Assembly: GCF_039654945.1 (NCBI RefSeq)
Contig: NW_027361696.1
Span: forward strand, 57,226,001 to 57,290,000
Origin: Dendrobates tinctorius
Taxonomy: Eukaryota
Direction: 5' to 3'
DNA: 64,000 bases
Shown: one piece after another, positions 12,081 to 24,288 of the stretch
Layout of the letters: the number at the start of each line of letters is the position of its first letter
Position numbering within the stretch: the first letter of the stretch is position 1
Notes under the pieces: generated by a model
Told to the model about the DNA's origin: nothing
Databases searched by the model: none
The model's input: only the letters and a program-made list of their open reading frames with translations
Program-made: the position numbers and the translations under genes

Positions 12081-12720
12081 CACTGCTCAAAAAAATAAAG
12101 AGAACACTTAAACAACAGAATATAACTTCAAGTAAATCAACTTCTGTGAAAACAAACTGTCCACTTAGGAAGCAACACTGACAATCAATTTCACATGCTG
12201 TTGTGCAAATGGAATAGACAACAGATGGAAATAATTGGCAATTATCAAGACACCCTCAATAAAGGAGTGGTTCTGCAGGTGGGGACCACAGACCACATCT
12301 CAGTACCAATGCTTTTTGGCTGATGTTTTGGTCACTTTTGAATTCAGGTTGTGCTTTCACACTCGTGTTAGCATGAGATGGACTCTACAACCCACACAAG
12401 TGGCTCAGGTAGAGCAGCTCATCCAGGATGGCACATCAATGCGAGCTGTATCAAGAAGGTTTGCTGTGTCTATCAGCATAGTGTCCAGAGGCTGAAGGCG
12501 CTACCAGGAGACAGGCCAGTGCATCAGGAGATGTGGAGGGGGCCGTAGGAGAGCAACAACCCAGCATAAGGACCGCTACCTCAGCCTTTGTGCAAGGAGG
12601 AACAGGAGGAGCACTGCCAGAGCCCTGCAAAATGACCTCCAGCAGGCCACAAATGTGCATGTGTCTGCACAAACGGTTAGAAACCGACTCCATGAGGATG
12701 GTCTGAGTACCCGATGTCCA
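12081..12720 (+). mobile_element. 5' fragment of a second Tc1-like family (TIR plus DNA-binding domain pseudogene)
   Basis: TA-CACTGCTCAAAAAAATAAAG terminus; translation [26 protein letters not shown]...[30 protein letters not shown] with an in-frame stop. Confidence 0.85.
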
Positions 12721-12739
12721 CTGCCTGATATTGCCATTT

Positions 12740-13340
12740 CCATGTGTGGCTGTACATTATTCCCCAGCAACATGTTGTCTTGGGGTCATATTTGACTCAG
12801 AAATTTCCTTCACTCCCTACACCAGATCACTTGCTTGCTCATATCACCTACACATCCAAAACATCTCTAGAATTCAACCTTTTCTCAACTTTGACTTTGC
12901 AAAAATTCTACAGGTGTTTTAAATAATTGTCATCTGGACTATTGCAACTCTCTACTACTTGGTCTCCGTCTTACCAACCTCTCCCCTCTCCAATCTGTCC
13001 TGAATGCAGCAGCCAGGATCAAATTCCTTTCCAACCGTTACACCGAAGCCTCCACCCTGGGCCAGTCATTGCACTGGTTACCCATCCACTTCAATATAAA
13101 CTTATCACTCTCACCCATAAAGTGCTCCACGGTTCAGAATCCCCCTATATCTCCTCCCTCGTCTCAATCTATCACCTTACTTGTGCTGTATTCTGCTAAT
13201 AACTTAAAACTAAAATCTTCAATAATCCATACCTCCAACTCCCGTTTCCATTACTTTTTGCGTGCTGCGTCACGTCTCTGGAATACCCAGAACTATCCAA
13301 TGGATTTCCAATACCCACAATTTTAAACGTGTCCTAAAAT
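12740..13340 (+). mobile_element. Degraded L2-clade LINE ORF2 C-terminal fragment
   Basis: Remnants [39 protein letters not shown]. Confidence 0.8.
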
Positions 13341-15900
13341 GATATTAAAGACACATAGAAGTGTATGACAGATTGATACACTTCTATAAAGTTTTATTAT
13401 AGTTTTTAAAAGTTCGGTTTTATTAATGGTTTGAAAAAAGAGAGGATCTATTGTGCCCTTAATAGGACTATTGCAGTTATGTCTCACTTGGCAAGGTGAA
13501 TCCTTAAAGCTTCAGATCTGGATGGCAGCACGGAGAGGCGGTGCTGGTGCCGCAGGGCAGACATATTGGGACAAAGGGTGTAGCAGAGCTGGAGCAATGG
13601 CAACTGGTGAAGCAGAACTGTAATAATGCTGAAGACTTGGCAAAGGATGTAACAAAGTTGGCTCAATGATGTAGCAGAGTTGGAATAACGGCAACGGATG
13701 TAGGACAGCTGAAGCATAGCCAAATGATCTACAACAACAAAGAAATAAAATAATGTAGTAGAATTGGCACAACAATATAGCAGAGTGGAACTGTGATGCT
13801 GTACAGTTGGCACAATGATGTAGCAGAGTTGGAACCACAATGTAGAAGAATTGGCACACAGTGTACAAAAGGAGACTCTGAAGTGCAGCACCAGGGACGC
13901 AAACTACCTTAATACTCAGTCAGTCTCCCACCTTCTAAGCTGGGGTTTTACCCCATATTTGTATCAAAGCAGGTGAAATTAATTAACGACCATTTATGCT
14001 TCATAACTGGACAGATTGATATGCCTGAAGATTTATACTGTGAAGTGCAAGTGTTCCCTTCATTTTTTAAGATTTTTATCTATAGCTGTAGTTTGAAAAA
14101 CTGGCCACGAGATGGCGACAAAACACAGTTTTAATATGCGACAAAGAACACTGGCATATATAAACAAGGCTGCTGAAGAATAAATAAAACTATGGCCTAG
14201 ATAAGGCAATAAAACGGGTACAGCATATGTGCATAGTGGAAGAAATTTTCCTGGGGAAATAAACTTCATAAATACAGACATTACTTATTTTCTGCAGAAG
14301 GCAGACATATTTAGGTGGATCTAGAAACACCAGTGAAAATGACTGCAACAATAGTGCAAATTATGGCTGTAGTGTATCCCTCCAAAGGGAAAGAAATGTC
14401 AGTCTGCTCATCCACCTTTCCTACCAGTGTTTGCTCCGTGTCTCTGTTTTTACCATCAGTGCTTCATCTAGGATTTTCTCATTTAATAAAAAAAGGGTAA
14501 ATTACAAAGTTTCTATTCATTGCAATGTAGACAACACACGGACTGCAAGCTGAAAAGCCAAGGCCCTGTGCACAGCCCTCATAGACTATAATGGGTATGT
14601 GTTCAGAGCATGCTCTTGATTCAGACACGCAAGGCTCTGTTCACACCGGTGTTTACGTTCTGTTTCGACTTAAGAATAAAGAAGTGGAATTCCCTTGAAA
14701 ACCAGATATGTTCGAAAACAGGTGAAAGCTGAAGCAGTAGAGCCCCATTGACTATAACGGGGTCTTTCTGTGGAGTACAGGGCTCAGCAGCAGTTGCCGC
14801 CCCTGTTCTACAACCAGAACCTGCCTCCAACAGCTACCAGAGCCAACTCCTTTCGCTGCCATTTAAATCGCATGGTCAATTTTTTACTGCAGCATTTAGG
14901 TGGCAGAATCCAGGGGGAGGTGGAGCACTTCCATCACCCCACCAAGTCCCATCAACGTGATGGCAGGGTGCCTATTGACTACCATGGCAGACAGGGACTT
15001 ACTGAAAGATACCGTTGCCAAAATCTTGGTTCCGCTGTGTGCCGATTTTCATTAAGGCCAAGGTCACACAAGTGTATGAGAGAATCCGGTCGAGTACACA
15101 AATCACACTCACAAAGTTTATGTCGATTCTGATGAAAAAAAAGCATTTCCATTCTGGGAAGTTGCGGAAATTGGACTGCACGCAGATGTCATCCGAGTGC
15201 ATTCTGAAATTTTCCACTTGCATGGTCGAGTACGATCCAAATTGGACCAAACTTGTGCATGCTGTGATTATTTTTTGTGGGACATGTGCACGGCCCCATA
15301 GAATAACATTGGTCCAAGTGTTTCGGCAGATTGCACTTGGACCAAAAAATGGCCCTGTGCACGAGCTGTAATACTGCACCCAAATCATAGGCTGAAATAA
15401 GAAAAAAAATGCTTTTAAAAAATATAGAAAAGAAAAACAAATAATTAAATCACACCCCTTTTTTTTGACCCTTCAGTAGAAAGATAAAATAGATATATGT
15501 GATAATGTGGGGAAGGTGACTTGACGGACAGACTTGACTGGAAGTAGGAGGGGACGATGTGTGTCAGGGGCGTAACTAGAACTGATTGGGCCCCATAGCA
15601 AACTTTTAAACGGGGCCCCCTCAAAGACACACCCCCTCAAAGACACACCCCTCCAGGAACTACATTTCCCAGAGACCCATGCGGCAGGCAGCTCTGCAGA
15701 GAGCTAATAGACAGCGAGGGCTCAGGGAAGGGGCGGGACTGAAGTAGTCTGAAGCAATTCACTCTGTGACTGGCTGCAGGCAGGGAGGCGGGCCCAATAT
15801 GTGCTTCGCTACGCACAGCAGGCACAGAAATGCAGCGTAGGCTGCGAAATCATAGTATACATTTTTTTCCGCCGGCCCCGGATCCCCTACACCCCTACAC

Positions 15901-18900
15901 CAGTGGTCCCCAACATTTTTTGCACCAGGGACGGCTTCAAGCAAGACCATTCTTCCATTGCCCGGCAGGGCGGGGATGGAGGTGTGACAGGGGCGGGGCT
16001 TTGGTCATAAGGGGGCGGGGCTATGGACACGGTTGTAGTTTAGCAACATTTAATTATAGCATTTATAATGTGACTCAACTCACCATGAGTGGGAGCACCT
16101 GTCTTGTTTCTCTGTTTCAGTGGGAGCACTGGGCTACTTCTACTGATGACCAGCACTGCTAATGATGATTGGAACCTACAAGGAAAAGGAGCATTGAGCA
16201 CTTAAGAAAAATTGTACTGGAGTACTATACATGCTGATTATTTTCTAATCATCAGAAAATGTATGTGTGGTTCCCCCCGTCCTGTCCAGCTCTGTCTGGC
16301 TCCCCCTGTTGTATGCATGGCTCCCCTGTCCCATCCTTGTATACATGGCTCTGCTCCCACTCTCCCATCCTGTATACATGGCTCTGCTCCCACTCTCCCA
16401 TCCTGTATACATGGCTCTGCTCCCACTCTCCCATCCTGTATACATGGCTCTGCTCCCACTCTCCCATCCTGTATACATGGCTCTGCTCCCACTCTCCCAT
16501 CCTGTATACATGGCTCTGCTCCCACTCTCCCATCCTGTATATATGGCTCTGCTCCCACTCTCCCATCCTGTATATATGGCTCTGCTCCCACTCTCCCATC
16601 CTGTATACATGGCTCTGCTCCCACTCTCCCATCCTGTATACATGGCTCTGCTCCCACTCTCCCATCCTTGTATACATGGCTCTGCTCCCACTCTCCCATC
16701 CTGTATATATGGCTCTGCTCCCACTCTCCCATCCTGTATATATGGCTCTGCTCCCACTCTCCCATCCTGTATACATGGCTCTGCTCCCACTCTCCCATCC
16801 TGTATACATGGCTCTGCTCCCACTCTCCCATCCTGTATACATGGCTCTGATCCCACCCTCCCATCCTGTATACATGGCTCTGATCCCACCCTCCCATCCT
16901 TGTATACATGGCTCTGCGTCCACCATCCCATCCTGTATACATGGCTCTGCGTCCACCATTCCATCCTGTATACATGGCTCTGCTCCCACTCTCCCATCCT
17001 GTATATATGGCTCTGCTCCCACTCTCCCATCCTGTATACATGTCTCCGCTCTCACTCTCCCATCCTTGTATACATGGCTCTGCTCCCACTCTCCCATCCT
17101 TGTATACATGGCTCTGCTCCCACTCTCCCATCCTGTATATATGGCTCTGCTCCCACTCTCCCATCCTGTATATATGGCTCTGCTCCCACTCTCCCATCCT
17201 GTATATATGGCTCTGCTCCCACTCTCCCATCCTGTATACATGGCTCTGCTCCCACTCTCCCATCCTGTATACATGGCTCTGCTCCCACTCTCCCATCCTG
17301 TATACATGGCTCTGATCCCACCCTCCCATCCTGTATACATGGCTCTGATCCCACCCTCCCATCCTTGTATACATGGCTCTGCGTCCACCATCCCATCCTG
17401 TATACATGGCTCTGCGTCCACCATTCCATCCTGTATACATGGCTCTGCTCCCACTCTCCCATCCTGTATATATGGCTCTGCTCCCACTCTCCCATCCTGT
17501 ATACATGGCTCCGCTCTCACTCTCCCATCCTTGTATACATGGCTCTGCTCCCACTCTCCCATCCTTGTATACATGGCTCTGCTCCCACTCTCCCACCCTG
17601 TATACATGGCTCTGCGTCCACCATCTCATCCTGTATACATGGCTCTGCTCCCACTCTCCCATCCTGTATACATGGCTCCGCTCCCACTCTCCCATCCTGT
17701 ATACATGGCTCTGCGTCTACCATCCCATCCTGTATACATGGCTCCGCTCCCACTCTCCCATCCTGTATACATGGCTCTGCTCCCACTCTCCCATCCTGTA
17801 TACATGGCTCTGCTCCCCTGTCCCATCCTGTATACATGGCTCTGCTCCCATCCTCCCATCCTGTATACATGGCTCTGCGTCCACCATCCCATCCTGTATA
17901 CATGGCTCTGCTCCCACTCTCCCATCCTGTATACATGGCTCTGCGTCTACCATCCCATCCTGTATACATGGCTCCGCCCGCTCCCACTCTCCCATCCTGT
18001 ATACATGGCTCTGCTCCCACTCTCCCATCCTGTATACATGGCTCCGCTCCCACTCTCCCATCCTGCATACATGGCTCCGCTCCCACCCACCCATCCTGTA
18101 TACATGACTCCGCTCCCACCCACCCACCCTGTATACATGGCTCCGCTACCACCCTCCCACCCTGTATACGTCTCTGCTCCCACTCTCCCATCCTGTATAT
18201 ATGGCTCCGCTCCCACCCTCCCATCCTGTATACATGTCTCTGCTCCCACCCTCCCATCCTGTGTACATGGTTCCGCTCCCACTCTCCCATCCTGTATACA
18301 TGGCTCTGCTCCCACCCTGTATACGTCTCTGCTCCCACTCTCCCATCCTGTATATATGGCTCCGCTCCCACTCTCCCATCCTGTATACATGGCTCCCACT
18401 CTCCCATCCTGTATACATGGCTCCGCTCCCACTCTACCATCCTGTATACATGTCTCCGCTCCCACCCTCCCATCCTGTATACATGGCTCCCCTGTCCCAT
18501 CCTGTATGCATGGCTCTGCTCCCACTCTCCCTCCCTTGTATATATGGCTCTGCTCCCACTCTCCCTCCCTTGTATATATGGCTCTGCTCCCACTCTCCCT
18601 CCCTTGTATATATGGCTCTGCTCCCACTCTCCCTCCCTTGTATATATGGCTCTGCTCCCACTCTCCCTCCCTTGTATTGTATATATGGCTCTGCTTCCAC
18701 TCTCCCTCCCTTGTATATATGGCTCTGCTCCCACTCTCCCTCCCTTGTATGCATGGCTCTGCTCCCACTCTCCCTCCCTTGTATATATGGCTCTGCTCCC
18801 ACTCTCTATCCCTTGTATATATGGCTCCGCTCCGACTCTCCCTCCCTTGTATATATGGCTCTGCTCCCACTCTCCCTCCCTTGTATTGTATATATGGCTC

Positions 18901-19878
18901 TGCTTCCACTCTCCCTCCCTTGTATTGTATATATGGCTCTGCTTCCACTCTCCCTCCCTTGTATATATGGCTCTGCTCCCACTCTCCCTCCCTTGTATGC
19001 ATGGCTCTGCTCCCACTCTCCCTCCCTTGTATATATGGCTCTGCTCCCACTCTCCCTCCCTTGTATTGTATATATGGCTCTGCTCCCACTCTCCCTCCCT
19101 TGTATATATGGCTCTGCTCCCACTCTCCCTCCCTTGTATATATGGCTCTGCTCCCACTCTCCCTCCCTTGTATATATGGCTCTGCTCCCACTCTCCCTCC
19201 CTTGTATATATGGCTCTGCTCCCACTCTCCCTCCCTTGTATTGTATATATGGCTCTGCTCCCACTCTCCCTCCCTTGTATTGTATATATGGCTCTGCTCC
19301 CACTCTCCCTCCCTTGTATATATGGCTCTGCTCCCACTCTCCCTCCCTTGTATATATGGCTCTGCTCCCACTCTCCCTCCCTGGTATATATGGCTCTGCT
19401 TCCACTCTCCCTGCCTTGTATGCATGGCTCCGCTCCCACTCTCCCTCCCTTGTATATATGGCTCTGCTTCCACTCTCCCTCCCTTGTATATATGGCTCTG
19501 CTTCCACTCTCCCTCCCTTGTATATATGGCTCCGCTCGGCTGCCCCATCTTACTTACCCTCACATCGCTGAACTTCCCTCCCTGCATCTCGCGGTGCTTC
19601 AGCTTCTTCCTGTGCGGAGCGGTCACATGCTACCGCTCATTAAGGTGCATGAATATGGACGCCACGCCTATGGGAGAGGAGTGGCATCCATATTCATGAC
19701 CTTAAATGAGTGGTACACTTGACAGCTCAGCAATGGAATCTGGATGAAGCCGCCACGCCGACAGGGACCGCTATGCAGGGTGACCGCTATGCAGGGTGAG
19801 TATCAGCTGCTACACAGCCGCCGGCTCCCCTTGTGTCCGCGGACCGGCAAGAGCACTGCAACGGCCCGGTGGTTGGGG
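15901..19878. mobile_element. Nested hAT/Charlie-like element carrying the 33/34-bp array; right terminus clipped
   Basis: Left end CAGTGGTCCCCAAC; right sub-terminal GGCCCGGTGGTTGGGG lacks the final TIR bases, and no TSD is recoverable. Confidence 0.55.
16315..19535. repeat. ~3.2-kb minisatellite: 33-bp unit tgtatacatggctctgctcccactctcccatcc, switching near 18500 to 34-bp tgtatatatggctctgctcccactctccctccct
   Basis: Units read directly; 11-aa periodicity in the spurious ORFs. Confidence 0.97.
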
Positions 19879-20429
19879 TAATTAAATTGCACTACCGGGC
19901 AGGGGTGAACCTAGCCTCTCTGCTGCCTGAGGTGAGCAGCAAAATGACACCCCCCCCACGCACACACACACACAAAGTAAATTCTCATATCTATCCTGTA
20001 AAACTGAGTACAGTAGTGGACATTTTGATTTAGATAAATAGAAAAAAAAAGGTGTCCAAACACAAGGATGTCAGCGGCATCACACGCACATAGAAGAACA
20101 ACACAACATGTATACAGAACAAGGGTCATTAATGGCAATGGTAGGCCTGGCACAGGGCCAGACTGGGACAAAAAAGCAGCCCTGCCACACAAATCCCACC
20201 AGCCCACAAACTATAGCACTCATCACCCCGATCAGTGAATTTTTGCTATACTTTGATGCCCCCTCATCACTCTCTTTAAAGAGTTATTTGAAGAGCCACA
20301 TGTGAATGGCACCACAGTGCGTATGACTGACCACAGCTCCATTTACATGGTGCTCTTCAAAGCTATGTTTCCCAGGATCATGGGGGTCCCAGCGGTCTGA
20401 TCCACAACAAACAAAAAAGTCATCCCCTA

Positions 20430-21050
20430 TCCCCACATAATGCTCCATACAGTTATGTGCCCCATATATTCGTACAGTATAATGGGCCCCATATAATGCT
20501 CCATACAGCATAACGGGCCCCATATATTACTTTGTACAGTATAATGGGCCCCATATAATGCTCCATATAGCATAATGGGCACCATATATTACTTCATACA
20601 GCATAACAGGCCCCATATATTACTTCATACAGCATAATGGGCACCATATATTACTGCCTACAGTATAATGGGCACCATATATTACTTCATACAGCATAAT
20701 GGGCACCATATATTACTTCATACAGCATAATGGGCACCATATATTACTGCATACAGCATAATGGGCACCATATATTACTTCATACAGCATAATGGGCACC
20801 ATATATTACTGCATACAGTAAAATGGGCACCATATATTACTGCGTACAGTATAATGGGCACCATATATTACTGCCTACAGTATAATGTGGCCCAAATATT
20901 GCTTCATACAGTATAATGGGCACCATATATTACTCCATACAGTATAATGGGCACCATATATTACTTCATACAGTATAATGGTCCACATATATTACTTCAT
21001 ACAGCATAATGGGCACCATATATTATCATGCAGTATAATGGGCCCCATAT
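20430..21050. repeat. 31-bp minisatellite (catacagtataatgggcaccatatattactt)
   Basis: About 20 copies read directly. Confidence 0.92.
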
Positions 21051-21314
21051 AATTCTTCTTCCCAAACCCCGCTCCTCTGGTCTCCGTGTATTCTGATCCT
21101 CCGCACTGCTTGGCACAGGGACATCATTAACTTTACGCATATAATTGTTCACTTGGACTGATAGTAATAGTGATTTGTTTGTACTCTGTTGTCTGAGGCT
21201 GGCCCACTTTATGGGGGTGCGCAGGGCATATGATTATACACCAGTAAAAAGTATGAGAGGCTCAATATGACCAGTGCCACCTAGTTTCCTACCCCTCTTA
21301 TTCTACTGGTACTG

Positions 21315-21470
21315 AGGAAAAGAAAAGAAAGAACAGAGAGAAAAAAAACAGAGAGAGAAAGAAAGAACAAAGAGAGAAAGAAAGAGAGGAAAGAAAGAGA
21401 GAGAGAAAGAATCAAGAGAGAGAAAAAAAAGAAAGATTAGAGAGATAAAGAAACAGAGAGAGAAAGATTC
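21315..21470. repeat. GA-rich low-complexity tract
   Basis: Almost only A and G. Confidence 0.85.
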
Positions 21471-21869
21471 TATAAAGATACTATAGCAGCCCGGCTCCCA
21501 CTGTAGTGCCCACCTGAGCCTCCCGATGCAGGACATATCATGATCCGCTTACATGGCCGGCAACCCCGAGTCCAAGGCGATCCTGCTGTCCGCGCTGTTG
21601 GAGGAGGACACGGTGATGGATCTGAAACATTCCCGGAAGTGCTTCCATGGTTCCGTCACAATCTCCTCCCGAAATTACCTAATTTCCGTTCAGCTTCTAG
21701 CACATCACTTCCGATAGAACGACACGTGCGAATTTTAAAGTACTCCACGGGGGTCCACCGTGTACTCCTGTGTCCGTGGGAAACGTAAGCTCCCAGCCGG
21801 GGCAGTGGGACAGAATCTCTCTCATAATCGGGACTGTCCCGCTGGGAGGTATGAATGCTCCCCACCATA

Positions 21870-22365
21870 CACCTTGTACACGTATGGCTCTGCACACATC
21901 ATAAACACATGGTTCCGCTTTTTATGCCTCGCACACACACAGCTCCGCTCTGTATACCTCGCACACACACGGCTCCACTCAGTACACACATGGCTCTGCT
22001 CTGTACACCTTGTACACACATGGCCACGCTCTGTAAACCTTGTACACAAAAGGCTCCACTCCGTAAACCTTGTACGCATGCGGCTTTGCTCCATACACCT
22101 TGTACACTTGCAGTTCCGCTCCGTACACCTCGCACACACGCGGCTCCGTACACCTCACACATGTGCGACTCTGCTCCGTACACCTCGTACATGTGCGGCT
22201 CTGCTCCTTACACCTCGCACACGCACTGCTCAGCTCCGTACACATCTCTGCTCTGTACACGTGCGGCTCCGCTCCGTGCACCTCGTAGATACGCATGGCT
22301 CCGCTCTGTACACACGCACGGCTCCGCTCCGTACACCTCGTACACATGCGGCTCTGCTCCTTACA
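21870..22365. repeat. Degenerate ~30-bp repeat (tacacctcgtacacatgcggctccgctccg), related to the 33-bp unit
   Basis: Shared ggctc(t/c)gctcc core. Confidence 0.7.
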
Positions 22366-22484
22366 CAGGGCCGGGCTGAGACCAAAAAGCAGCCCTGACA
22401 CAAAAAAAAATTCACCAGCCCACATACAATGAATGTCCTCACCCAAATCGTAGAACACTGGCAGATTGTGCCTACTTTTGCTTT

Positions 22485-23815
22485 AGCTCACACACACACA
22501 CGTATCACACAGCTCACACAAGTAGCTCACACACAGCTCACACGTATCACACACAGTTTACATGTATCACACACACACACAGCTCACACCGCTCACACGT
22601 ATCGCACACACAGCTCACACGTATCACACACCACAGCTCACACACACAGCTCACACGTATCACACACACTGCTCACACGTATCACACACACACAGCTCAC
22701 ACCTCACATGTATCGCGCACACACACACAGCTCACACATATCGCACACACACACTCAGCTTACACGTATCACACACACAGCTCACACGTATCGCACACAC
22801 ACAGCTTACACGTATCACACACACACAGCTCACATGTATCACACACAGCTCACACGTATCGCACACACAGCTCACACGTATCACACACACACAGCTCACA
22901 CGTATCACACACAGCTCACACGTATCACACACAGCTCACACGTATCACACACAGCTCACACGTATCACACACAGCTCAAATCTCACACGTATCGCACACA
23001 CACAGCTCACACGTATCACACACAGCTCAAATCTCACACGTATCGCACACACACAGCTCACACGTATCACACACCCAGCTCACATGCATCACACACACAC
23101 ACACACAGCTCACACGTATCGCACACACACAGCTCACACGTATCACACACAGCTCAAACCTCACAAGTATCGCACACACACAGCTCACATGTATCACACA
23201 CAGCGCTCACACGTATCACACACACACACACACAGCTCACACGTATCGCTCACAGGTCAAACCTCACACATATCGCACACACACAGCTCACACGTATCGC
23301 TCACAGGTCAAACCTCACACATATCGCACACACACAGCTCACACGTATCACACACCCAGCTCACACGTATCACACACACAGCTCACACGTATCGCTCACA
23401 GGTCAAACCTCACACATATCGCACACACACAGCTCACACGTATCACACACCCAGCTCACACGTATCACACACAGCTCACACGTATCACACACACAGCTCA
23501 CACGTATCACACACAGCTCACACGTATCACATACAAAGCTCACACGTATCTCACACAGCTCACACGTATCACACACACAGCTCACACGTATCACACACAG
23601 CTCACACGTATCACATACAAAGCTCACACGTATCTCACACAGCTCACACGTATCACACACTCTCACAGCTCACGCAAGTAACTCACACACACGTATCACA
23701 TAGCTCACACGTATCACACACTCTGTATCACAGCTCACGCTCACGCAAGTAACTTGCTCACACGTATCACACACACACATGTATCACACAGCTCATACAC
23801 ACAAGTAGCTCACTC
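22485..23815. repeat. CA-rich minisatellite, ~22-bp unit cacacagctcacacgtatcaca
   Basis: Dozens of copies; explains the His/Thr-rich ORFs. Confidence 0.95.
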
Positions 23816-24288
23816 ACGATGACAGACAGCAGTTCTGCATAAACCAAGGAATGATGCGCACAGGACCTGTGATGAGGTCACAGGAGGGGAGGAGACATAG
23901 GTCACATGATCAGGGGGCCCTGACACCTTCCCTCCTATGACCGCATCAATTACAGCCTCTTGCAGGACCGCAGCACCAGCGTGCAGAGGCTAAATTGTAG
24001 GTGCTGCGGGTAGAGGAGCGCATGACGCCGCCCCCTGAGCAGATCGCCTCATTATAGGTGCGGACCTGCTACCGGGTAGCGCCGATCAGAGCCAGGGACC
24101 CGGGCCTCTATATGGGCCGGGTCCCAAATCAACCGCTTTGGCTGCTACACCGGTAGTTACGCCCCTGATGTGTGCACTACAGACGGAAATTGGTAATGAC
24201 AGAAAGGTAACAGCAGGGAAAGACAGAAAAGGGTGTGCAGTACCGAAATTTTACAAAATGGCAGGGGGGAGTGTAGTTCAGGACTTAA

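Larger units (their letters stand above)
19900..24068. mobile_element. Nested 4.2-kb non-autonomous hAT-type element
   Basis: Imperfect TIRs CAGGGGTGAACCTA / TAGGTGCGGACCTG with exact 8-bp TSD CTACCGGG (19892-19899, 24069-24076). Confidence 0.85.
15565..24167. mobile_element. 8.6-kb composite non-autonomous hAT-type element containing nested hAT elements and minisatellites
   Basis: TIR CAGGGGCGTAACTA (15565) / TAGTTACGCCCCTG (24167); flanks ATGTGTGT and ATGTGTGC (7/8 TSD match). Confidence 0.8.

Noticed and set aside
16212-19722. 1146-aa and 1151-aa ORFs and many overlapping ORFs on both strands
   Set aside because: Translation of a stop-free 33/34-bp minisatellite; open in nearly all frames with no domain content
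22429-23752. His/Thr-rich ORFs of ~400 aa
   Set aside because: CA-rich tandem repeat artefact
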